In this document: positions 27,818 through 34,996 of the stretch, one piece after another
Position numbering within the stretch: position 1 is the stretch's first letter
How the letters are laid out: each line of letters begins with the position of its first letter
Origin: a virus
Lineage: Duplodnaviria > Caudoviricetes
Length of the DNA: 55,751 nucleotides
Direction: 5' to 3' (one strand)
IMG/VR virus record: IMGVR_UViG_3300048888_000044
Location: 1 to 55,751 of that record
Notes under the pieces: model-generated
Database searches by the model: none
What the model was told of the DNA's origin: nothing
The model's input: the letters and a program-made list of their open reading frames with translations, nothing else
Made by a program: the position numbers and the translations under genes

Positions 27818-28374
27818 GCGACAAACAGAAATACGGACGAGAGGTTGCTCTAAAGGTGGCTGAAGACCTTCAATCCCGACTCAAGCTGGCGTGCCGTAGA
27901 ATGGCTGTGGCTGGATCACTGCGTCGAGGAAAAGAAACCGTTGGAGATGTTGAGCTGCTTTTTGTGCCAGTGCTGGCGGAACGGGCCGATGGACTGTTTG
28001 ACCGCCGCTTGGTGTCCGTGGCGGACGAAGTGTGCAACGAACTGTTGCGCGACGGAATTCTAGCGAAACGCCCAAACGTCAAAGGTCACTTTACGTGGGG
28101 CGAGGCAAACAAGCTGGCGGTGCATGTTGCAAGCGGAGTGCCGGTGGACTTCTTTTCCACGACCGAAGACAACTGGTGGGTGAGTCTGGTGATTCGCACT
28201 GGCAGCAAGGAAACCAACCTGAAGCTGACCAACGGAGCCATTCACCTTGGCAGGAAATTACACGCTTACGGATCGGGAGTTACGATGCCGGACGGAAGCA
28301 CTCGAAAAGCCCAAAGCGAACAGGAAGTTTTTGAACTGTGCGGAGTCCCTTACCTTGAACCGAAAGACCGATAA
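27814..28374 (+). CDS. Minimal family X DNA polymerase
   Basis: AGSLRRGKETVGDVELL, VDFF, RTGS, SEQEVFE..G.PY.EP..R. Confidence 0.9.
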   Translation: MSDKQKYGREVALKVAEDLQSRLKLACRRMAVAGSLRRGKETVGDVELLFVPVLAERADGLFDRRLVSVADEVCNELLRDGILAKRPNVKGHFTWGEANKLAVHVASGVPVDFFSTTEDNWWVSLVIRTGSKETNLKLTNGAIHLGRKLHAYGSGVTMPDGSTRKAQSEQEVFELCGVPYLEPKDR

Positions 28375-28376
28375 AC

Positions 28377-29489
28377 ATGACCACCCAACTATCCAAACCG
28401 AACACCATCGAGTCGATGCTGGCGTCGCCTCAGATACGTCAACGCTTCAACGAGATGCTCGGGCAACGCGCGCCGCAGTTCATTTCGTCGATTATCACCG
28501 TTTACCGTGGATTTTCTTCCCCGGTAGATCCGGCGAGCGTCATTGCCAGCGCCGCCATCGCCGCCACCCTGGACCTTCCGATCGAGAAGAACCTTGGTTT
28601 CGCGCACATCGTTCCTTACGCGGGCGTGGCTCAATTTCAAATGGGAGCGAAAGGACTGACCCAGTTGGCTCTTCGCAGCAATCAGTATTCGGGGATGAAC
28701 GCCGTGGCCATCAATGCGGAGTGCTTCGGTGGGTACGACAACATTGGAGATCCGATCATTCGTTGGGACTTGCTTGACGAGACCAAGGAAGCGATTGGGT
28801 ACGTGTTCGCGTGGCGTCTGACTAGCGGATTTTCAAAGACGGTTTACTGGCCCAAAGCGAAGGTGGTTGCTCACGCTGAACGATTCAGCCAGGCGTACAA
28901 GAAAAAGAAGGCTGACAGTCCGTGGATGAACAACTTTGACGCAATGGCCCTGAAAACTGTGATAGCAAACTCACTGCGACGGTGGGGTATTTTGAGCGTT
29001 CAGATGCAAACCGCGTTCAAATACGACCAGGCGATCATCAAGAACATCGACGCCGAACCGCAGTACGAGGACGATATCCCGTTCGGTCCGGCGACGACCT
29101 CCAAACTGATTTCAGGCGGGAAGAAAACCCGCAAGCAGGAGCCTCAGGAACCGACTGAGCCTGAGCAACCAATTTCCGGCGAGGGTTCTGACGAGTCCAC
29201 CGCCGGCACTCCCGCGCCCATCGCCCCTGGTTCTCCAGATCAGCTCAATGGGCCGGGAGTTGTTCCTTTGGAGCACGGTGACAGTGAGGACGCCAACGAG
29301 GTCATTCGCATCATCATGGCCAACGCGCGTGAGCTGGGAATCGAGGAAAAGTTGCTGATGATGTGGTCCAAGGCGGCGAAACTGGCTTCTGAAAAACAGA
29401 GTCAACTGAGCGACCTGGCGACGCACAAGCTCAAGAAAATCTGCGAACAATGGCCGGCCGTGGTGAAGGAGATTACCGGGAAGTCATAA
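28377..29489 (+). CDS. recT: RecT-family ssDNA annealing protein
   Basis: AATLDLPI..NLGFAHIVPY..AQFQMG.KG..QLALRS, FDAMALKTV; stop is the TAA of attC4. Confidence 0.92.
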   Translation: MTTQLSKPNTIESMLASPQIRQRFNEMLGQRAPQFISSIITVYRGFSSPVDPASVIASAAIAATLDLPIEKNLGFAHIVPYAGVAQFQMGAKGLTQLALRSNQYSGMNAVAINAECFGGYDNIGDPIIRWDLLDETKEAIGYVFAWRLTSGFSKTVYWPKAKVVAHAERFSQAYKKKKADSPWMNNFDAMALKTVIANSLRRWGILSVQMQTAFKYDQAIIKNIDAEPQYEDDIPFGPATTSKLISGGKKTRKQEPQEPTEPEQPISGEGSDESTAGTPAPIAPGSPDQLNGPGVVPLEHGDSEDANEVIRIIMANARELGIEEKLLMMWSKAAKLASEKQSQLSDLATHKLKKICEQWPAVVKEITGKS

Positions 29490-29571
29490 CGACAAGCTGA
29501 GGCACGGCGGAGAAAACCAATGACCATGAAAAGCGAACAATCCCGCCGTTGCCTCCAGCGACTGGTTCGAG
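29484..29571 (-). other. attC-like site 4
   Basis: CTCGAAC-CAGTC-GCTGGAGG-CAACGGCGG / CCGCCGTG-CCTCAGC-TTGTC-GTTATGA. Confidence 0.9.
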
Positions 29572-29953
29572 GACATTCGTGTATCCCGTCGAAGCCAATC
29601 ACTCCACCGTCCTCGGCTACGGAGCAACCTCAAAAGCTGGAAAACCAATGTGGGCGGCGCTGGTGTGGGCTGGCGCACGCAAGGACGGCGGCGCACACAT
29701 GATGAATCCGACCGGAGGCGAATACCTGCACGTCCGCGTGAAGCCTCTGACGGACGGCTGCTGGTATCGCGTCCGCTGCTCCCACTCCCGCGGAAACAGA
29801 TGGCGTGGCGGCGTCGTGGAAAATGTCGAAGTAAAACAAAAACGGGGCAAGTGGCACTGGCACGTCACTGTGTCCTCGAACGTAGAGGTGAGCGGTCAGA
29901 GTGGGCGCGATAAGGCGTCCGCCTGCAAGCCGGACTCAATGCGCCCACTCTGA
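29549..29953 (+). CDS. Cassette A gene, hypothetical
   Basis: Frame open from attC4 into attC5; start uncertain. Confidence 0.5.
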   Translation: MPPATGSRTFVYPVEANHSTVLGYGATSKAGKPMWAALVWAGARKDGGAHMMNPTGGEYLHVRVKPLTDGCWYRVRCSHSRGNRWRGGVVENVEVKQKRGKWHWHVTVSSNVEVSGQSGRDKASACKPDSMRPL

Positions 29954-29976
29954 TTCGCTCGACCGATTTGTTAGAC
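29875..29976 (-). other. attC-like site 5
   Basis: Arms TCAGAGTGGGCGC / GCGCCCACTCTGA with extrahelical bases. Confidence 0.92.
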
Positions 29977-29984
29977 GACGATTT

Positions 29985-30236
29985 ATGAAACAAGACAACC
30001 AATGGCATGACGGAATCGTGTATCAGCACTCTGATGATGGCAAATTCGTGCTCGCTGAAAACTTAGAGGAAGCTGACAAAGACAATCGCCCGATGACGAT
30101 GGAAGGGGGAGGCGTGAAATACCAAGACGTGAAATACAACTGGAATCGCGGACAGCCAATCGTGGACTTCGGCGATTTCAAAATGGTCATCACAGACATC
30201 GGGTTCGTAAAACTGGACGAAACGCAAGTCGTCTAA
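29985..30236 (+). CDS. Cassette B gene, hypothetical
   Basis: ATG just after GTTAGAC; stop in GTCTAAC. Confidence 0.7.
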   Translation: MKQDNQWHDGIVYQHSDDGKFVLAENLEEADKDNRPMTMEGGGVKYQDVKYNWNRGQPIVDFGDFKMVITDIGFVKLDETQVV

Positions 30237-30338
30237 CGAAAAGCTGACGCACAGCCGCGATTAACTATGAGCACGAAATTAACCTGTGACGCTGGACTGC
30301 AACAGACCCCGGCTGTTGCGTCCGGCGTCTTGTTAGCA
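30231..30338 (-). other. attC-like site 6
   Basis: GCTGACGCACAGCCG / CGGCTGTTGCGTCCGGC arms flanked by AAC and GTT. Confidence 0.9.
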
Positions 30339-30617
30339 CCCAAAACCCTCGAAGAACTCATAAACCAAGCCGCCGAAGTGCTGCCTGACTGGTGGGAGAT
30401 ACGAATCGAAGTGCAGCAAGGATACGGGCAAGCAATCGTGACGCGGCCAGACGGCACGGAAGTGCAAATGTCCGATGGCGAGAACGACATCCGAGAACAG
30501 TTTCGTGATGCGCTGGGTCTGGTGCGTGATGAACTGGAAGCAGACAAACTCTTGGGTGCTAACGACAAGCTCAGAGATGGCGCGACAGAGAGGCGTCCAT
30601 ATTCACAGGAAACGTAA
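30267..30617 (+). CDS. Cassette C gene, hypothetical
   Basis: Starts in attC6 loop, ends in attC7 loop. Confidence 0.7.
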   Translation: MSTKLTCDAGLQQTPAVASGVLLAPKTLEELINQAAEVLPDWWEIRIEVQQGYGQAIVTRPDGTEVQMSDGENDIREQFRDALGLVRDELEADKLLGANDKLRDGATERRPYSQET

Positions 30618-30648
30618 TCGCGCCATTCTCTGAAGCGCATGGTTAGAG
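30557..30648 (-). other. attC-like site 7
   Basis: GCTCAGAGATGGCGCGA / TCGCGCCATTCTCTGAAGC arms. Confidence 0.92.
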
Positions 30649-30661
30649 CACGTCAAATACA

Positions 30662-30976
30662 ATGAAAACACTGACACCAGGACACAAATACGAACTCGAA
30701 AACTTCGAGGCCAAAGACCAACCCGGTCAGGTCATCCAGTTCATCGAGAAAACTCCAGTCGCCGGCGAACCCGGCAAACTGGTCACACTCAACGACGGCA
30801 CGACCAACGAGGAAGTGCTCAAGATGCTGATAGACCGCTGCCAGTCTCTCTACGACAAATTCCCGTCGGAGGAAACGGCGTGCTCCATCAGCCATCTCAA
30901 ATCGGCGCTATACGCGCAACAGTCCCGGACATACGAACGCTCTCAACGCGGCGTCGAAGGGAAGCACCTCAAGTGA
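30662..30976 (+). CDS. Cassette D gene: Tad1/Acb2-like anti-defence sponge
   Basis: H.Y...IQF...GTTNEEVL..LIDR...F.SEETAC.I.HL..AL....RT.ER..RGVEG matches the Tad1 pattern. Confidence 0.7.
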   Translation: MKTLTPGHKYELENFEAKDQPGQVIQFIEKTPVAGEPGKLVTLNDGTTNEEVLKMLIDRCQSLYDKFPSEETACSISHLKSALYAQQSRTYERSQRGVEGKHLK

Positions 30977-31001
30977 CAACCGAGCACGGGGAGACTAAGT
31001 G

Positions 31002-31127
31002 CTCTAACGCAGAAGTGAGCGGACAGCCGCCGAGTGCGACTCGCAATGACACCAAAAATCTATGAGCAAAAATAACGAATCGAAACGGAAAAGCGGGGCG
31101 GCTGTTCGCTCCACTGACGGGTTAGGC
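31002..31127 (-). other. attC-like site 8
   Basis: AGTGAGCGGACAGCCGCC / GGCGGCTGTTCGCTCCACT arms. Confidence 0.9.
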
Positions 31128-31325
31128 ATCGGCACAATCCACGACCCAAAAGCTATGTTCCTCCGCAACTACGTCGGGGAAGCAACGTGCGGAAAACTCA
31201 AATACGAAATTAGCACTGGAATGAACGGCTCGCCAATCGTCCACAGCAAGAAATCCGGCAAGTGGTTCTCGCTATCATGGCAAGACATTCTGGCGCTCGC
31301 GGAGAAGGCAGGCGTAGATGCCTAA
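31062..31325 (+). CDS. Cassette E gene, hypothetical
   Basis: Starts in attC8 loop; stop in GCCTAAC. Confidence 0.7.
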   Translation: MSKNNESKRKSGAAVRSTDGLGIGTIHDPKAMFLRNYVGEATCGKLKYEISTGMNGSPIVHSKKSGKWFSLSWQDILALAEKAGVDA

Positions 31326-31444
31326 CGCAGAAGTCAGCGACAGCCGCCGAGAGAAACCATGAACGACACTCTGACATTGGAACAGCCAGCAACGCCTCGA
31401 AACGGAGAGCGGGGCGGCTGTTCGTCTGCACTGATTGGTTCGGC
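31320..31444 (-). other. attC-like site 9
   Basis: AGTCAGCGACAGCCGCC / GGCGGCTGTTCGTCTGCACT; similar to attC8. Confidence 0.9.
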
Positions 31445-32048
31445 ATTTCGGTGTGTCGTAGCTGACCCTCCGTGGCTGCCAACGATGGCACTGGTGAATA
31501 GTCCTGCCAGCGGTATCGGTGCACCGAAGGCAAGTCCGCAACGCCACTACCCGACGATGAGCGTCGAGGAAATCTGCGCCCTGAATCCGCCGTCTGCCAC
31601 TCAATCTCACCTCTGGCTCTGGTGTCTGAATCAGCACACGGATTGGGGTCACACCGTCGCAAAGGCGTGGGGCTTTGAAGTGTTCCAGATGGTGACGTGG
31701 TGCAAACCCGGCCTCGGAACTGGCCGATTCCAATGCAACAGCGAGCAAGTGCTACTCTGCCGGAAAGGAACTCGCCACGGCAATCCGTTCGGGATGACCG
31801 GCGGCACATACTTCAACTGGCCGCGTGGCCGACACTCTGAAAAGCCGGATTCATTCTACGACCTCGTGGAGCGAGTATCACCTGGCCCGCGTCTGGAAAT
31901 GTTCGCTCGCACCCGCAGACTCGGCTGGTCTGCATGGGGCAACGAAATCTCCAGCGACGTAGAAATGCCGAACGCAGAGTCCAGCTATCGGAGTGGGCCG
32001 GTAGCGGCGTCGAATAAACCGGCGGCTCAATCGGCCCACTCCGATTAG
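31359..32048 (+). CDS. Cassette F gene: MT-A70-family adenine methyltransferase
   Basis: ADPPW, HLWLW, HSEKP, RLEMFAR, GWSAWGNE. Confidence 0.9.
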   Translation: MNDTLTLEQPATPRNGERGGCSSALIGSAFRCVVADPPWLPTMALVNSPASGIGAPKASPQRHYPTMSVEEICALNPPSATQSHLWLWCLNQHTDWGHTVAKAWGFEVFQMVTWCKPGLGTGRFQCNSEQVLLCRKGTRHGNPFGMTGGTYFNWPRGRHSEKPDSFYDLVERVSPGPRLEMFARTRRLGWSAWGNEISSDVEMPNAESSYRSGPVAASNKPAAQSAHSD

Positions 32049-32067
32049 CTGCGACGATTGGTTAGCT
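31967..32067 (-). other. attC-like site 10
   Basis: GTCCAGCTATCGGAGTGGGCCG / CGGCCCACTCCGATTAGCTGCGAC with two extrahelical bases. Confidence 0.93.
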
Positions 32068-32074
32068 GCTTTTT

Positions 32075-32503
32075 ATGGGAATGTTTGACGACATCAAGTG
32101 CAAGTATCCGCTGACGGTGGAAGGTGCGAACGCGCTCGCCTACCAGACGAAGGACACCGACGCGCAGCAACTCGACAACTACGAGATTCGAGAGGACGGA
32201 ACGCTGTGGCACGAGAACTACGATCCTCGATTTGAGGAGCACAAAGAAGCGCCTCTCGGCTTCTACATCCACCGCGACAACCTGAGATGGGAGCAAGTGC
32301 CCATAACTGGCGAAGTCCGATTCTACACGATGTATGGCGTCAAAGACGGGCAACTGGTGAACGCCAACGCCCGTGACGGCTGGCTGGAATGGTCGGCCTA
32401 CTTCGCGGACGGAAAACTCAATCAAATTCACCTGCTCGAAAACCGAGCGCCAGATGCAGCTAACGATGAGTTCAGGCGCACAGACCCGCCGTTGAAACCA
32501 TGA
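32075..32503 (+). CDS. Cassette G gene, phage-type hypothetical
   Basis: MGMFD...QTKD...Y.I.EDG.L...TG.VRFY...F.DG.L; stop in attC11 loop. Confidence 0.8.
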   Translation: MGMFDDIKCKYPLTVEGANALAYQTKDTDAQQLDNYEIREDGTLWHENYDPRFEEHKEAPLGFYIHRDNLRWEQVPITGEVRFYTMYGVKDGQLVNANARDGWLEWSAYFADGKLNQIHLLENRAPDAANDEFRRTDPPLKP

Positions 32504-32592
32504 CGCCACTCGAACAATCCAAGCCTGCCGACGAAGCCCGCGACTCTGTGCTGCGAAGCGGGGCTGTGTCGTCCTGCAACGATTTGTTAGGG
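32458..32592 (-). other. attC-like site 11
   Basis: GTTCAGGCGCACAGACCCGC / GCGGGGCTGTGTCGTCCTGCAAC. Confidence 0.88.
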
Positions 32593-33360
32593 CGCGTTTT
32601 GGTGGCGTGCGAATATAGCGGAACTGTCCGCGATGCGTTCAAACTCAAGGGATGGGATGCTTGGTCGTGTGACTTGCTTCCAACCGATGTTCCTGGACAA
32701 CACCATCAAGGAGACGTGGCAGAACTTCTGAAACAGCAATGGGACATAATCATCGCCTTCCCACCATGCACCTATCTCTGCTCGTCTGGAATGCACTGGA
32801 CTGTGCGAGGCAAGCGCGATCCTCAACTGACGGAAGACGCGCTCAGTTTCGTGCGCTCATTCCTCGATGCTCCCTGTGAACACATCGCGCTCGAAAATCC
32901 AGTCGGCTGCATCTCGACGCGCATCCGAAAACCGGACTGCGTGATTCACCCTTGGCAATTCGGACACCCCGAATCCAAGACAACCTGCCTATGGCTCAAA
33001 AATCTTCCGGCGCTCGTGCCGACAAATATCCTGACAAAGCCAGCAAGCGGCCACTGGGAAAACCAATGCTCAACCGGCTCGCAAAACCGACTAGGGCCAA
33101 GCCCAACCCGGTGGAAGGAACGAAGCAAAACATATCAAGGCATCGCCTCCGCGATGGCCGCACAGTGGAGCGCGTTCGTATTAAATTCGCGCACGACTGC
33201 CAAGAGTGTCCCGATTGCGGAGAACCTTTTTGCTTGGAGTGCCAGGAACACTACGCCGACTGCCGATGTGTCGGGCCAAGCAACGCCGAAGATGATGGAT
33301 GGACGCTCATTGAACGGCGTGGAGTGCTCTACGGCGAACGCAACGCGCCCTAACAAATGA
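32500..33360 (+). CDS. Cassette H gene: C5-cytosine methyltransferase-like
   Basis: VLVACEYSG, SCDL, FPPCTYL, ENPVG, HPWQFGH; ATG supplied by attC11 loop. Confidence 0.8.
   Translation: MTPLEQSKPADEARDSVLRSGAVSSCNDLLGRVLVACEYSGTVRDAFKLKGWDAWSCDLLPTDVPGQHHQGDVAELLKQQWDIIIAFPPCTYLCSSGMHWTVRGKRDPQLTEDALSFVRSFLDAPCEHIALENPVGCISTRIRKPDCVIHPWQFGHPESKTTCLWLKNLPALVPTNILTKPASGHWENQCSTGSQNRLGPSPTRWKERSKTYQGIASAMAAQWSAFVLNSRTTAKSVPIAENLFAWSARNTTPTADVSGQATPKMMDGRSLNGVECSTANATRPNK
33165..33353 (+). CDS. Cassette H second ORF, Cys-rich Zn finger
   Basis: CQECPDCGEPFCLECQEHYADCRC; stop in CCCTAAC. Confidence 0.55.
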   Translation: MERVRIKFAHDCQECPDCGEPFCLECQEHYADCRCVGPSNAEDDGWTLIERRGVLYGERNAP

Positions 33361-33366
33361 TTAGAC
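33348..33366 (-). other. attI-like simple site closing array 2
   Basis: Minus strand GTCTAAT-CATTT-GTTAGGG (L, 5-bp spacer, R); no attC arms. Confidence 0.6.
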
Positions 33367-33369
33367 AAC

Positions 33370-33678
33370 ATGGCGCGCCGAGCAAATAGCCGAAATGTCT
33401 GGTGGCAAAATCACTACGCCAAACTGCGCGCCGCCAAGGAACGCAAGCGTCTTGCCGATCCTGATTTCAGCCAGGAAACGAATCCCCTAGTGCCAATTCC
33501 GCGCCCCAAAGCGCGCTTCCGTATCTTGATTGAGGATCAGCAGGTGGGTGACCGGCTCCAGATCAAACTTTATCCCACTCCCTTCCGCGGCCAGTTTGCG
33601 ACGGGCGATGGGATCCGCAGCGTGCGCCAGCTCGAACGCGCCTTTGGCCATATTTTGAGAACAGCTTTTACCGTATGA
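33370..33678 (+). CDS. Hypothetical basic protein
   Basis: 102 aa, coupled to next gene. Confidence 0.6.
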   Translation: MARRANSRNVWWQNHYAKLRAAKERKRLADPDFSQETNPLVPIPRPKARFRILIEDQQVGDRLQIKLYPTPFRGQFATGDGIRSVRQLERAFGHILRTAFTV

Positions 33679-34769
33679 AAAGAACCCCATTCAGCGCCTC
33701 AAACTTTTCACGCCGTCGTCTCTGCAACGGCAGTCTCCCGATGGAGGACGGGTTGCCCGAGGTCGAGAACGAGTGGTCGGCGGAAGGGACGCTGCTGCAC
33801 CACGCCGCGGCGACACAAGTTCACACGGGTCTCAACCAATATCAGTCAGAAGTGGTTCAGCAAGCACTCGGTCATCGAAATCGGTTCATCGACACTCTCG
33901 CTCCACCAGACCCGGACGACTGGAAATTCTTCTTCGAGATCGAACTGCCGTACACTCTCAAGAACAAGACCGTGTTCCTGAACCACGCGGACTACGTGGC
34001 AGTGTTCCCAAAGGCCGTCGCCATCGTGGACTACAAATTCGGCTACGAGGAAGTCGATGCGCCGGAACTGAACGAGCAACTGGCGGTTTACATTGCCTGC
34101 TTGGCCGAGAAATTTGACGTACCGGAATACTACGGCCTGATAATCCCCAGGTTTGGCAATCCGGCGCCACCGGTGAAGTACACGCGCGCGGAGATTCCTG
34201 CCCTGCGAAAGATGATCGAGGACGTGTACGACGCCTGCACACCGAAGGCACCACGCACGCCTGGGGTGAGGCAGTGTACCTATTGCAAAGGTTTTCAGCT
34301 TGGTTTGTGCAAAGAGGCAATCAGCATGGCGATGAATCCAGTCCACAAGTTCAGCGGAAAGTTGCTTCAGAATCCCGGCCAAGTATTGCAATCACTCCCT
34401 GCGACTGACCGCACCAAACTCTTCGACGCCTTCGCGATGGCCGACAAGTTGCGCAAGACGTTCGTGGCCGCAGTCAAACCGATGATTGAGCGAGATCCTG
34501 AGTTCGTTCCTGGATACCGACTCAGCAAGGAGGGTGAGACAAGAAGCAAGGTTACGGATTTGTTCAGCTTAGAGGAAAGGCTGTGGAAAAAATTGAATTT
34601 GTCCCACGAAGGATTTGTGGCTCACTGCTCTATTTCCAACACGGAATTGAAAGATTTGGTTCGCGAGATTTCGGGCCTAAAAGGCAAAGAGCTGGACGCA
34701 AAGGTTGCTGAGTTGACTAAGGGACTGGTGGATACGACGCCGGTGGAAAGGAGTTTGGAGAGGGTATGA
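33675..34769 (+). CDS. Cas4-like PD-(D/E)XK exonuclease (DUF2800-like)
   Basis: C..S, AEGTLLH, AD, IVDYKFG, N.QL..Y, C..C....C. Confidence 0.8.
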   Translation: MKRTPFSASNFSRRRLCNGSLPMEDGLPEVENEWSAEGTLLHHAAATQVHTGLNQYQSEVVQQALGHRNRFIDTLAPPDPDDWKFFFEIELPYTLKNKTVFLNHADYVAVFPKAVAIVDYKFGYEEVDAPELNEQLAVYIACLAEKFDVPEYYGLIIPRFGNPAPPVKYTRAEIPALRKMIEDVYDACTPKAPRTPGVRQCTYCKGFQLGLCKEAISMAMNPVHKFSGKLLQNPGQVLQSLPATDRTKLFDAFAMADKLRKTFVAAVKPMIERDPEFVPGYRLSKEGETRSKVTDLFSLEERLWKKLNLSHEGFVAHCSISNTELKDLVREISGLKGKELDAKVAELTKGLVDTTPVERSLERV

Positions 34770-34996
34770 AAGTCAAAGAACTGATCGTGGCTTTATCATC
34801 TTTGCCACCGGACGCGAACGTGACTCATTTATGGGATGGAGAAGCCCGCACTGCAATCAATCATGTTTGGCTTGCTCGCAATGGTGAGGTTGTTACGGCC
34901 GACGACAACATGGTTTGCTATTCTGAAGGGAGCCGTCCCTGCACTGCTCCGACACAAGCCCAAGATAGATTTTGGAGAACTCCAAACTCAGAGTGA
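34766..34996 (+). CDS. Small hypothetical protein
   Basis: MKVKELI..L..LP.DA.V motif. Confidence 0.65.
   Translation: MKVKELIVALSSLPPDANVTHLWDGEARTAINHVWLARNGEVVTADDNMVCYSEGSRPCTAPTQAQDRFWRTPNSE

Noticed and set aside
25919-29489. Scaffold-to-recT segment as one large cassette
   Set aside because: Its ends (GTTAGAAT.. and ..GTCATAAC) do not pair, unlike all 10 cassettes, and it holds core genes.
25085-32592. Hairpins as terminators, REPs or MITEs
   Set aside because: No U-tracts or target-site duplications; AAC/GTT boxes, extrahelical bases and cross-cassette end pairing fit attC.
29484-34769. CRISPR array plus cas4
   Set aside because: The repeats are divergent ~90-135 bp hairpins separated by whole genes; the Cas4-like nuclease is a solo phage exonuclease with no cas1/cas2.
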